From: Ptychomitrium polyphyllum
Lineage: Eukaryota
DNA: 64,000 bases
Direction of reading: 5' to 3'
Assembly (NCBI GenBank): GCA_973851085.1
Contig: OZ316775.1
Span: 6,138,001-6,202,000, forward strand
Of this stretch, positions 12,849-26,293 are shown in pieces. The notes under the pieces were generated by a model. The model did not search any database. It was not told the origin of the DNA and worked only from the letters and a program-made list of their open reading frames with translations. Positions within the stretch are counted from its first letter, which is position 1. Each line of letters opens with the position of its first letter. The position numbers were made by a program, and so were the translations under genes.

Positions 12849-15800
12849 GAATTTGTCAACAGAATTTCCTATGCAATAATTGTCTCAGGAACTTATATTT
12901 TTGCTTTTTTTAAAGGCCCAATGCTACAACTGCAGTATCGATATTCGCCATTTCCGCATTTTTACTAACCGAGTGTGTAAGCATAGAGGTTCGGAAACAA
13001 TGTTCTGATAAATTAACATGAAGGATCTCTGCAAAGATTCATCTGCAGAGAAAGCTTCTCAAGTTACAGCTGCCTGAATTGGGACTGATCATGAGCAAAT
13101 GGCTGCCAACTCTCAGTATGCCTATTTCAAGTGTGCAGATTGAAGAATGAAGTGACAGAACTGTCGCAGTTTGTGAGCCGAATAGGCTCTTAATCGGGAT
13201 TGCTACCTGCTATCAGCGTTTCCTGCAACTTGAGGGTGTTACAGTGTAGCTGCCCCATCAGAGTAGAGCATTGTTCATTGGGCCAAAGTACGTCTTGAGT
13301 GATGAAGGAGAACGACGACCACTTTGAAAATCAAGTCTTGTTGTAAACCGTTGTTGTAAATGAAGTGGCTTTTCCAACTATACCTTAGCCTATGCCAATA
13401 ATACAGAAGGTTGAAGTGTAAAGGCACTCAGCTTGAGTGACATACAACCATTATAGAGAGTAAGGTGAATGACGAGCGCAAGGTGACCAAGTACGACGTA
13501 CATTAACAGGTATTCGAATATTATTTTGACCTGAAACAGAAGGAGTTTTTAGAGTTAGAAAGTCTCTTTTGATTCGTGATGATTATATCAATGTCTCTTG
13601 AAGTCTTTCGTTCTGCACAGCCATGGCGACCGCAGTTGCCATATTTTTGGATACATAATCTGCACTAAGTATCTTCCGACATGCAGATTGACTTAGAGAC
13701 CCCTCGAGAAGCACTTGGATTTGGCCTCTGAATTCCATCTGATCTTTTTAGGACGTTATGGTACTAGTTTAGCTATGTAGACCAGATTAATATAAAGTCC
13801 CTAAACACTTATATCTCTTTCTAGAGTTACACAATAAGTTAGTACATTTTGTTCTAAAATCAACGTTGTTACACTAAGCACTTAGTACTGACTTAGAAAC
13901 TTGTGAAAACTACGTAACTCACGTCGGTCTGGAGATCAAGTTTACAATGCAATTGGAGGCGTTTCATGTGATGATTTTCATCCTATTGTTGCACACTGGA
14001 AGCCTGTCGAAAGCGGATGCAACTTCTTCTCCTGACATGGCAAGGCTTCTGCCTATATTGATGAAAATTTTGCTTGGGTGCTTGTGAGTATCTGTGGGCT
14101 GATTGCCTGCCTGGTTCATTGCGGACTACTCCTTCCGAATAGAAACACAACCGAGGTCGGGAAGAAGATGGAGCAGAGTGGATATGGTGGAGAACTCAAT
14201 TATGGACATTGCAAAATGATCACGAGTCTGACTGGACTAGAGAATTGAAGAACAGATGGACAAACTTAGTAACTGGCTGAATCATCAAACAGTACGCTGC
14301 AAAATGCTCAGGCCTCTCACTTTCTAAGACTTTAAAAACAAATTAGTTGCATGGTACAGTGTCCCTTTTCTACGTCAAAATGACAATACACATTCTAGTT
14401 CTGTATTTTGTGACAATCTCTATTAAAATAATACCCTTAAAATAATACCCTTAGAATGAATTGGTGGTGCTTATATATTAAGAAAAACTAAAAATGGTAA
14501 AATTGAAGTGTAGTAAAATCTAAAGGTACATCTTTTAATTGCTTTGAAGGCTTTGTATTATATAATATACATTTCTAAAATGTTTCCTTTTTAATATTGA
14601 ATATCAAAAATTTGATAAAGTTTGATGATGAATATTGAGCAAGATTCTAATTTTTTTGCCATTTCAACTGCAAATCTATTTAAGATACCTTGTATAAGTT
14701 CTTTAAATGTATTTTAATGATTTGAAATTTCTTTCAAATGCTTAAGACTTACAAGCACCAAGTCACACCAATTTTAGTTTAAAATGCTAAATTTAGGTAT
14801 GCCTTAGCATTGGCTTTTTTAGTTCCACAAACCTTGTAGAAAAACCTTTGTTGCAAACAAATTTATTATGTTAAGTAGAAGATCTTGAAACGGTTAAATT
14901 TATGATAGTTGAACTTGATTTGATTATACATACTTTGCTAAAAATATAAACAAAACAAGTACTTTCAAAAGTTTTTTTTGTAAATATTTTCTATCATATT
15001 TGATTCAAAGGTGCCCATTTACCTTATAATTCATGTTCATATACATTCACTAGCTAACATTTGAAGGTTGCACCAATTCTAAGCATTCAAAACATTTGAA
15101 ACCACACATGTGATGCAATTTTTAAAGACACTATAACATATAACTTTTTCAATGCTTGAGTGAAGAATAATAAAGATTATGATATTTGGTTGTCAAGAAA
15201 AAAACATAAAGTGTCTAAACATAGGGTGAATTTTCTTGGTGTTATAGGTATTTTTTAAAATGTAGTTTTTAACCAATTGACATTGGCTATTTGTATATGC
15301 CTTGAATGTGGCCAAATTAGATGTGGTCTTTATGTAAAAAAAATCTAGTCTAATAAGGGAATTTATTCATTTTTTGCATGAGACAATGAACTTGTATACT
15401 TGGCTATATCTTGAAATGCCTTCTTAAATTATTGAGATTTTTTGATGATGTGCATTTAGATTATGATGGCCTTTTTAATAAAGATTTATAATTGAGCATG
15501 GAAAAGAAGAATTTAAAGGGTGAAATTTTGCATGGATTGCTAAAGAGAGCTATAATTTATTGTAAAGAAGTCTATTTTCACAATTAAGCATTTGAAAGTG
15601 GACAATGTAAGTTCAAAACAAGTCACTAATCTAGAGCCTCTACCTTGCTTTTGCCTTATCTTTATGTGAGCACCCTTAGATTGATGTTTTCATTTTTAAT
15701 TCCTTTTGCCATGTGTTTTTATGAAATTAACATTGGATAAATTGTCAAAATATACAAAAGAAAATAACTAATATTTTACACAAAGTTGTCTACCACAAAC

Positions 15801-16671
15801 AATACAATTCCCACAACTGTTTGTTTAGGATGTTCATTTAAAAAAAGATTTAGGTTATGTTTGTCTATTGTGAAAAAAATACATATTGGCTTCTTATTGT
15901 TATTTGTAAATAATAACAAAGGAAAAATCCTTGACATAGAAGAAACTTGAGCAACTTCAACATGTCTTTGCATACCAATTATTTATAGAAAAATTAACAA
16001 ATCTTAGCCATTACAAAGTAAGTTGTATTTTTTAATGACTTTCTTGTTATAAAAGAATCTATATGTTGAACAAATTCTATTCAATACTTGCCAATAGAAT
16101 TTGCAAACATACATTAAGCAACATAATTTTTAAAACCTTCCATTACTTCAAATAGCTTCCATATGTTTTTAGTAGCTTCTAAGAACTTCTAATCTAGTGT
16201 TTTTTTTCAAAAACTCCTTTAAAAATTTTATAGACCTTTTAAATATTTATAGCTTTATAAGAAGTTTCTTTAAAAATATCTTAAGAAGCATACGCTTTAT
16301 GGTATAAATAAAAAATTAAAAAATGTATATTTTGGTCTTGCCAACATAAGTTGTGGAACATATCTATAATGTTGCTTTCATTCTAATTCTTGCATCAACT
16401 CTTATGATCTAATAGTCATATGTATAAATTCCTTAATGAGCCTTTGACACATCTAAATTAAGAGGAGCTAAGGCCTTAAGATTCTTGATTTTAAAATTTT
16501 AGGATTATTTTTTAGAATGTTCAAATAATATATTTAAAAAAGTGTTGAAATTTTTTTCTTATGGATATTTTTGATTCAATTAAAAACAATTCAATAAAAA
16601 TTATAATTTATTCATGTTAATCATGTTTAATTTCCTTTAAAAAATAATTATAAATAATGCTACATTTAAAA

Positions 16672-16797
16672 CTATCTATCCATTTATCTATTGATCCATC
16701 TATTGATCCATCTATCGATCCATCCATCTATCGATCAATTGATTCATCCATCCATCCATCCATCCATCCATCCATCTATCTTTCTATCTATCTATCT
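16672..16797. repeat. Imperfect (ATCT/ATCC)n tetranucleotide microsatellite
   Basis: Directly visible. Confidence 0.95.
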
Positions 16798-18441
16798 GTG
16801 AAGCATAAAGATTTAATTCAAATAAGAAATGAAAAAATTGCAATGGAAAATATAGAAGTTAAAAAGTTAGAAAAGTGTTGTTGATGGAGAAGCAATTAAT
16901 AACACGTTATTTGGACATTTTAGAAATAAATAATATATTTGTGATTATTTAGGCATCTAGATTGAATGTTTAAATTGAAAGAACTAAATAGATCATAAAT
17001 AGTTATACTAGTTTGGTTTAATAAATATTAATTGAAGATTAGTTCTTTTGTAAGTATGTATACAAATTAAAATGTTAAAGAATTAGCTACCGATTGACAT
17101 CCTAGGATGGTAACTTCCTTAAACTAAGTGCTTTGTTATTGGTAGCTTGATAATTGGCAGCGGCTAGAATGAACGCTTACCTATATAATTATATTAGCCA
17201 AAACAAATAGTATAAATAAAAGCCGTTTTGAAAATGGTGTGCATTTTTTTCTCTTTTCTTATATAGCTCATACATACATTTGAGTTGTTTCTTGGTTGTA
17301 TGTTTTGTTTCATAATTAATAGATTTTTTTGCATGAGTTCTACATTGTCTTGTTCTACCCATTGTTGCTAAATGTAAGTTAGTATGTGTTTGGTTTTATT
17401 AGTCAATTTAGAGACTTGTCCAAAGACTACAACTTGGTATGCAGTTTTGTTTTGATTAATAATTGTACACTTTGCTACTAGGCAAACAATAACCAATTGG
17501 TAGAGAAATATTAAGCAAAGTAATTCTACCTTTAACATAAAGTTATTTTAAAATAGTCATAATCTAATTTGATTTCATATTAGAAGGATCTTCATTTTGA
17601 AAACAAAGATCCACTACACTCTAATATGAAGTTGTAATTAAATCTAAGTTGTTTTTGGATATCCTACCTTTGAGCTTCTATATCAACATCCAATTTAATA
17701 TTGTAAATAAAAAAAACCAAATCAATTGGAAAAAAAGATAAAACTAAAATTTTGACATATATATTTTCAAAAGTTGAATTAAATTGGATGGCCGTATAAA
17801 AACACACCTTTATTAGAATCTCTTAATATAATTTTAGTTTCTTGAATGTTGAATAGGATCTTATATTTATTAATCAAACTATTATTTGAAAGCTAAAGAA
17901 GCCATTTGGAATCAATGTAAGTGTAGAAGATATTAATCATACATATTCAATTGCTTTTAAGAGCACCATTATATTCTTGAACAAATACAAGGATAATTCT
18001 TTTGGTTGCAATGAAAAAATCACTATTAAAATTCAATGCTTTATTTCTTTTCTAGAGAATTGTATTCATTCTTTCACTTGTAGATGTAATTCCTTCACAT
18101 TAATGGTCACATGTAAAAATCTAATTAATTTTTTATTGTTGTTAAAACTTTGGTTCAATAAACTGTAATTCCATTAAGAGATGAATTTTGAAGATTCCTA
18201 AACGGAGGGCCACCCTCACACTACTTCTAGCATGTTATGATGATTATAAAATGCTGATAGGACGTCAATCATATATGTGTTTATTTTATGAAAAAATGCT
18301 GAAAGTACATAACGTTTCTTCTTCCTTTCATCTTCGTCTGCTATGCTAATTCCTCTTCAAAGATAATCGGTTGCAAGTTGCCACTGTCTTTGCTTGTACT
18401 GTGGTAGCAAAATACATTTTAAAAAGTAATCTCGCAGAACA

Positions 18442-18525
18442 TGGTGAAGGGGGCATCGATTTCCTTGCCTCGTAAATGCGAATCGAGCGCTCTACCAGTT
18501 GAACTACCAGTTGAACTACTCTGCC
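18442..18525 (-). pseudogene. Degenerate tRNA-Ala (CGC) pseudogene with a 12-nt duplication in the D-arm
   Basis: Minus strand reads GGCAGAGTAGTTCAACTGGTA[GTTCAACTGGTA]GAGCGCTCGATTCGCATTTACGAGGCAAGGAAATCGATGCCCCCTTCACCA. It keeps the D-arm TGGTAGAGCG, anticodon loop TTCGCAT, variable region AGGCA and Ala-type T-loop ATCGAT, but the anticodon and T stems are broken. A T-run follows at 18421-18425. Confidence 0.8.
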
Positions 18526-20247
18526 TGGAGAACGAATTTTCGGATGTTCGATTAGTCGTTTGCAAGAAATGGAAAGTATATGAAAATTGTTCGCTTTTCA
18601 AAAGAGATGGCTTTACTTTTGGTGACCTGTGTTGGGATTGGTTACAAGCACGATAAGTTACTCCTCAATAACTTGTAATATTCACCTAAGAGATCATCTT
18701 CACCTCCGTTTTCCAGCGGTTAGACTGATGACAAAATTATTTCCATATTTTAGTAACCCATAAGTTTGCATGTTGCTCAACTACTAAATATGCTTGAAAT
18801 GGCACATGCTTCTCTGAATTATCGCTAGCAACCATGCATCCTGATAGATTTAAGAACGTCTATTCCACTTGTAAAGCCTATTTTTGCTGCATGTTGCGGA
18901 GACACCTACTAACTATGTTACAGTACATTATGAACAGAAGGGTATGCTTAACCAGCTACTCGAAAAGAAATGACAGTTGAGACAAGGTAGTCTTCAGTAA
19001 ACAAATACCAACCAATCCACTTCGAAGTCATCACAAGTGAAATATTATATTCCTTGCAAACAAAACCATGTTCATGATATATGTACACAAATATACATGT
19101 GCAGCAGAAAGGGCTAAATCTATAAATAAAGCTAAAACTTCATTGCTGCCTCGGGATGTAATTAAGACTCTTCAGTTTGTAGATACACAAACAGAGCAAT
19201 AGAATTCGTACACATCGCTGGTGTCTTGTTACGATCTGCAAAACCGGCGCCCAACAAGGACATTCTCATGTATGTACAGCACGAGGACCATGCAGAGCGC
19301 ATGAAGATCATTTTGCCACTTTCACTTTGTTGCTTAATTCTAGCAGAATAGCACCATCCAAAGGTGTAAGTCACATCTGAAAGCTGGGACCTGCAAACCA
19401 GTAGACATTTCTTTCTTAAAAAACAGAAAGTATCAAACATCGACATGTATAAAACATGAAATGAAATGTAACAGATGCTTAGTTCTATGACCAACATCAT
19501 TACCAACAAATACTTTAGCAGGAGATGTCACAACCTCAAAGATTCTCATCATGTCAAGTTGTTCAGAATGTTTAAGTGATAGCTAGACTTGCTCAGAGTT
19601 TTAACATTCTCGACGTCAAACAAGCACACGAGAAGAACAAATGCCGAATTTTTTCATTTCACGGATTGCCAGCTGATAACCTTCGGATAGAAAAGTGGGA
19701 AATTCAACAGATGCTTGGTTTCATAACCAACTTCATCGCTTTCACCGTAACAATTGCTGACAGAACCTCGAAGATTCTGAAGATGTTCAGATCATTTAAA
19801 CATGATTTTAGGCTCATTTACGCTGAAATTACACATTCTTTGATTGTCCAACAAACAAGCACACAAATATGAACAATGCTAAAGTTTTGCATTTCACAGG
19901 TTCGAAGAATGGTGGGATGGAAAAAAGTGGAGATTTACACAAAAATAGAAATTGGAGACTTAAGGAAACTTAGAAGAGATTAGTGCCACAAATACCTTCT
20001 AATGGTGTACTCCACGCGTCGCCATGCTCCACAACCTGCTGCTACACCAAGCATTCGCCATAGCCGAAGCTCTAGCACCCACTCTCAAGCTCTCATCGCA
20101 ACTCTCAAGCACACGTCATCATGGACTCTCACCTAAGAAGTGGAGACAACGCAAACCTTCGACCTTGCGTTTCCAGTACCCACAGAATAACCCACGAAGA
20201 AATATGATACAAGTATCATCAAGCCACTGCTCTGCTCCGTACAAAGC

Positions 20248-20457
20248 CTAGTGCATCACGGCCTTGGACGGTAGAGCTGCAGCACTCTTGTTCACTTCCA
20301 GCCTCAGCTTTGCTTTCACATCCCCCTCGTCCTCCTTCGAAACGAGCTGGCCCTTCCTCACCCCCGTGTCATCCTTTCCTTTCAAAACCTTCAGCACGGG
20401 TTTCCCAGCCGGAAAATTGGCCAGAAACTCAAGCGGAAACAACACCAACATGTCCAT
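20248..20457 (-). CDS. Small protein of unknown function (69 aa, MDMLVLFPLEFLANFPAG...)
   Basis: ATG in good context (acaATGG) and G/C-ending codon bias. The ORF sits in a GC-normal island flanked by splice signals: candidate 5'UTR exon 21199-21231, acceptor at 20648-20649, candidate 3'UTR intron 19391-19995. No family recognised. Confidence 0.55.
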   Translation of the reverse strand: MDMLVLFPLEFLANFPAGKPVLKVLKGKDDTGVRKGQLVSKEDEGDVKAKLRLEVNKSAAALPSKAVMH

Positions 20458-23400
20458 TGTGAGTCAATTCAAACTAACTGAAGTGGGCTGTGGTGTTCTA
20501 CAGGTCGACTCAATGGCTATGGCGCTGACAAGATTTATGCACTCAAGGACTAAGCTGGGATGTATAAAGTGCTGTCTGGGTCGCTAGTTGAGAAGCACGG
20601 ACTGAATTGGGTGAACTGGTTCAATCATGCCCATGCCCAAGATGGACCTGTATTTGATCCAACACGTTCAAATGCAGAAACGCAAAGACTTTTGTCATTG
20701 CAAGGTGGACTTGGTGTCAGATATTTGCAGCGAAAGGGAGGTGGTTCTCATTGCTGACAATAGCTTGGGCGTAAAGCAACGATGTGGGTTCACAACGTAG
20801 TAATCTTGTCCAGTTCTCTGGATACCTGCCAGAGTACCATCATGGTATCATAGTTATATCACCTAAATATAACCTGAGTATCTACTGGAAACTGGATGTT
20901 GTGATAGTAATAGTAAGCGTCAGCAGTGGAATTTGTCCAAGTCCATGGTCAACGATGACTCGGAGGAATTTGAAAAGGAAGTGTACAATAGATCTAGAAA
21001 ACAGCCTGCGCTGATGGGCACCACTGGACGAGAAAGTAAGCTAGAGTGGATGGACGACAAGGATTCAAGACACCACTTGAAACAGTGAACTTGTTGATGC
21101 ATGGGCATGATACCCTGGAGGATACCAGTCTTATATGTATTAATAATCCATTTAACAATCGAAAAAGATATAGAGGAGCATAGAATGATTTTTCTTACCC
21201 GCCACGACATGACTCTTGTGCTCTCTCTGACCTGGTACGAAAACTTATGAGCAGTGACCACTGTTGCTATCGCGGTAACGTAGACTATGATATTTCACCT
21301 CTGTCAGTTGCTCCATACCCACCACTCAGCATGACCAGGCTGCGAATTGTGCAGACTTTGGCCCTTTTGAAAGATCTGCTTTCAGCAGTAGTGTGGGTGA
21401 GAGAATACCGGCCGAAGTTATCCACGTGCAGTGAACGAAGTGCATTTTTGGTGTGGAAGAATGTGGTTCTGAAGTCGTAATTTGGAGATGTTGAAGGACC
21501 TGTACAAAGAAATATAAAATTGAGTTGGGGAAGGGAGTGGTGATAGGTTTTGCTGAGTCAGAAGGAGAAGGAAGTGACAATGCAAGTGGGAGGGTGGCTT
21601 GGCTGTCGTGGCATTTAGATTTTCAAATGGACTGTAACACTAATCTATCCAAACGAACTACATTTTTGACAATGCATAACTGGAGTGCCACTTTGTAATG
21701 GCACTTAATGTGAATGGGTGTATTCTATTTCATATTGTGCTTATATTGTAGGACCTACACTCAATGCGTGAATGGGTGAATCTTGTTGAATGATGATCAT
21801 GGAAGCCTCAAAGAAAGGGCAACATGATTTCCAAGTATCTCCTAATTATGAAAAATATTGTATTCATTATGTCCAAAATGTTAATAGAGCTCAATTTTGT
21901 AGAGGTGGTAGCCATCTTTTGGTGAAACAAGTATATATAAGATCATGAAGAATATAAGGTCATGAAGAACAAGTGCAAGTAACAATCTATGGAACCACAT
22001 CAATTGCAAAGGAGGCACTTACAACTATTACTTTGTGTAAATTGGCTATTATACACAATAGTCTTGTTGGATCTAAAAAAATACTTCTTTTGATGATAGG
22101 ATGTATTTCAAACATTATAAATATTGCAATTTATATTAAAAAATAGAGTACAATATGAAGAATTTGTTCAATATTATTGTGGATTAAATAAATACAATTA
22201 ATCCAAAATTAGGTCATTTTCAATTAAAATCATGTACTCAATTTTTTTTTCATTTAAGAGTTTGGTACTAAACTTGTAGTACTATTCTAAAATCTTCTAT
22301 TTATATGGAAAAATTTAAAATATAGTGGCTTTTAGTATAACATTCTTTAATGATTTTTTTAGACAATCCTTTTAAAAGAACCATTCCATCCTCAAAGGTA
22401 CCATCCAGTTTATTAAGGCAAGTTCCACCAATCATTAGAGCCATCAAAGAGCCAATTTATCAATCTTAATTTCTATATGTATTAACTTATTGTCATATAT
22501 TATTGATTTTTCACAATTAAAAATAAAAGCAAGTAGTGCTAATTGCTCATGAATGCTATAAATAATACAATGTTTAGTTTTGAGGTTTAATGTAACTTTG
22601 AAATATGTTTTGTAAAAAAACATAGTATTTTTTGTTTATTTAATTTATGTTTTTTATATCATTTAACACAATTCTTATTTTTCATCTATTGATTATTCAC
22701 TAGTAGACTTGGAAGTGTGTCTTTAAAAATTTCACTAAACAATGTGCAACATTATATAAAGAAGTATTAATTCATGATGGCAAAAAATTTAAAATTCAAA
22801 TGGAGGTAATATATTGTATAGTAATTTATATAGATTAAAATATATAAATTAGATACATTAATATATAATGCTTCAATCTATATATTTTATTTCCAAGTAG
22901 CTTCAAAGATAAGAATCTTAGGATTTTTTTAATGATAGACTCGAATATTAAGATATGATTTGCCAAAAATGAATGAAAAATTGTCTAAAGTTATGAATGA
23001 AATTTGGATTATAAAGATTTAGAAGACCACAATGTTATGTTTTAATAACTAAAGTGTCTTAATATCTAAAGTTTTTCTATTTTATTTTTGAAAGAAGTTT
23101 TTGAAGTTTATAAGATTTTAAGGTATTTAAAATCCACAATGTTGCATTGAATATTATAATGGGTGATGGATATGGTGACAATGATTAATGGCTTTTCAAA
23201 TTAAAATTGCAGGTCTTTTAAGAACAAGGGAGTTTTATGTGAATATTTTAAAAAAGTGAAAGTTACCAAAACAAAATCATATGCATTCTTGAAGAAGAAG
23301 ATAAAAAGATGTAGGAATTCTTCTATGGCAATTTGACTTTTGCAACATGGACGGAAGTTGTAGAATTAAGAAAAATGTTGAGGGATTGAACAATATTTCA

Positions 23401-24790
23401 AATGTGGATGTTACATCATGAGATTGAGGCAATCCAAAATTAAAAAAGTTTTTTTAATTGAAGAATGGATTGAAAGCAATTGAAAACCTACTAATGGATC
23501 TCTTTGAAGAAAATTTTGTTTGCTTAAGGTTGAATGGAAGAATTCACTTTTCTTGATCTTGTAAATTCTTCAAGGGTTGGCAACAATGTAAAAAGTAAGA
23601 TTTGTCTTAATTACGTTCACATCTTAAAAGACATCATGGACCCATATTTTAGGCATGTTGAATGACTGATGAGAAATATGAAAGATATTTGAGCAAAAGA
23701 TATGAGTAAAAGACATGAGCAAATGTTGAAATTATAGAATTAAGACTAAGCAAAGGTTGTGAAATTTTATTGTATGGTATATTGTAAGGAGTGTGGTGGT
23801 GATAGTGAAACCATAACAATATTTTCATTGTTAATTTTTTTTCAAACTCTAAATCAAGCCATCTAAGAAGTACTTAGTGCAATGTTAACTTCCTCAACTA
23901 CCTAGGCCTTGGTAGTAATTAAGCAAAAATCATTGCCCTTATCTCTAATTGCACATAAGGAATTAATTACAAGTGGTATTTATATCATAGAAGGGATAAA
24001 TTTTGGGTTGGATGTTGATGTCAAGTCATTTACAATTGTGTGAGAAGTTGAATCTCAGTTAGCGTAAATCCTATGTGGTAGTGCTAAGCAACTACTTACA
24101 ATATACCATGAAATTGTAGAATTGTTAAATACAACAATTTCATTAGAATTTGAATTCAAACCAAAATTGTCAACAACTGCCAATCACTCAACCAACAATT
24201 AAATTCATAGGATGGCAATTAACAATATTCAATAACCTAAATTTACAAATCCCTTTCCTTCTCAAAATGATTTTTTCTAATTTTTTTTATGTATTGTAAT
24301 ATCTGCCTTCTTTGTAAAAACGAATATTCCTACATATTCAATCTAAATACATGGTAATGGAAAAATGGAAAACGGAAAAATAGACACTAAATTACGGCTG
24401 CCCCCATGACACTATACAACATTACGTTTTCTTAAATTAGTAAGAATGACCACCTGGTACACAAAATGCAAATGCCCAGCTGCTTGCTTTGAGTAGGATA
24501 AAAGCATTTATTTAGAACATTCTACATAGAGAAGGCCATGTTACTCCCTCAAATGACCAATACAGTTTAACTTACTTCAAATCGAGCTACACCGCCGAAT
24601 CATTCAGATGCCTACAACTAATAAACTCACGTCAAACAAATTATACCGTCAACCTCAAGTACTATGTTCTCGTCACAACTGATTATAGCTCTACTTCACT
24701 CAAATAATGCATTACATCACATTTTAAATGAGAAACTTGTGGTTAATCACGAACGATTTATTGCAATGAATAGCTGCAACTTGGTACATA

Positions 24791-25561
24791 TCACCCTGCC
24801 TTGGATTTGCCACCAGCTAAAGCAAAATTGTACAAAGGACCTTCATGCTTCTTCCTGACTTTGTCACCGGGCTGCAACTTCGGCACTGCTTTTCGTATCA
24901 ACCCTTGAGCTCTACTACGACGGTTGAACCTTATCGGAGTGGACAGCACGCTGTTATTCACAAAGTTCTTCAGTATCTGCTTCGTCGCAGCCAAGGACAT
25001 GTGGTTCAGCCGAGGCTGGAAGTTCACCCAAGACCTGGTGCGTGCACCCAAGCGTGCAGACTCCCCTGTGTTGCTCTCAAATGACTCTGCTTCCCACTGC
25101 TCGGTGCTGTGGGAGTAGGTGGAACGCTGGATTGGTTTGTTTCGTGGGATGAGAGGCGTTGTGGTGCCATGATGACCAGATGCCCTGATTCGCTTCACGG
25201 TGGTCACGCTGGCTCGTTTCTTGTCTGAGAGTGGCACTGCCCTCTTTAGTTGCTCACAGTGCTCACAGTGCTCGCAGTCATTTGTGTTGCTTCCTATGGA
25301 CTCGGCATCCCAACGTCTCTGCGTGGAGATGGCTTGAGGTGCTTGTGCTGGTGAGCTTTCCACGTGCTTCTTCGCTTCAGGTGAGACTGCCTGTGTAGTA
25401 TCTACTGGTTTTTCTATTTGCTTTTCCACTAGCTTTTCAACTAATTTTCGTCGAGAAGTGAAGTTCGTGTCTAGCTTTCTTCTCGCCGTTTTCGCTTTGC
25501 GAGGATCATCTCCTTTACCAGTGAGCACCCATCTGAACAAAGTGTTCATTATTTTAGCCAT
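24791..25561 (-). CDS. Hypothetical basic, probably disordered protein (256-aa ORF); true 5' end uncertain
   Basis: 771-nt uninterrupted ORF, far longer than background ORFs here, K/R/S/T-rich with an internal repeat. A possible acceptor (ttgttcAG, ~25533) could join it to an upstream donor at ~26142. Confidence 0.55.
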   Translation of the reverse strand: MAKIMNTLFRWVLTGKGDDPRKAKTARRKLDTNFTSRRKLVEKLVEKQIEKPVDTTQAVSPEAKKHVESSPAQAPQAISTQRRWDAESIGSNTNDCEHCEHCEQLKRAVPLSDKKRASVTTVKRIRASGHHGTTTPLIPRNKPIQRSTYSHSTEQWEAESFESNTGESARLGARTRSWVNFQPRLNHMSLAATKQILKNFVNNSVLSTPIRFNRRSRAQGLIRKAVPKLQPGDKVRKKHEGPLYNFALAGGKSKAG

Positions 25562-26293
25562 ATAGGTAAAGCAAGCAAAGATGTTTCTATATTTTCCATG
25601 TTGCTTGTCAAATCGGTACCAATAGAGGTATCAAAAATCTACTATCATATGGTTCAGAACGCTCCATCAAAATGCATGCGTTTGTAAGGTCATGTAAGAA
25701 TTGCATATTGCCAAAGATAGATTCAACTTACAAGTCCCATAAATGCTTCATTCGCAATACGTGATTCTCAATCTCCACTACACACTGTTGAACCAGAGTC
25801 ATCAACCCCAAAGGTATTGAAATATAGATATGCAGGATCGTGGCTTGTAAAATGATCAACAGACTTCTGAAGTTAGTGCTTGACAATTTCTACGTCAGAA
25901 TCTTGAAAGTGTTAATTCACAAACCTATCCATACTTATATGTAGATGGTGAAATGTATAGCGATAAGTATTTAACTCTTTGCTACACACGATTGATTTGA
26001 CTACATGTGGATTAATTCAAGCCATGAAAGAATCTAGGGACAAACCGATTTTACAGATAAAAGAAACTTTTGTGATGACATGGTGCAGAAATCAAGAACA
26101 AACACGCTGAGATAGGAAATGATTAATGTAGTGCTGAGCTACCTCTGCCCATGCACTAACATCAGGAGAAAGACAAAGATGCCGCCAACAGATAAAATGT
26201 GTCGACATCACGTCATGCTCCACCTACCACACCACACCCGTATGCCCATTAACTTTACAATCAACTTCTAGTAATTTAAGGAACGGCTATTTA

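Noticed and set aside
12900..14330. GC-normal stretch after the tRNA as a possible gene
   Set aside because: All frames are interrupted by frequent stops and no exon chain could be built.
16657..16884. 75-aa ORF with SIDP/SIHP repeats
   Set aside because: Translation of the ATCC/ATCT microsatellite.
21217..21228. TGTGCTCTCTCT resembling a miR156/529/535 site
   Set aside because: Only 12 nt match, the rest diverges, and no precursor hairpin is evident.
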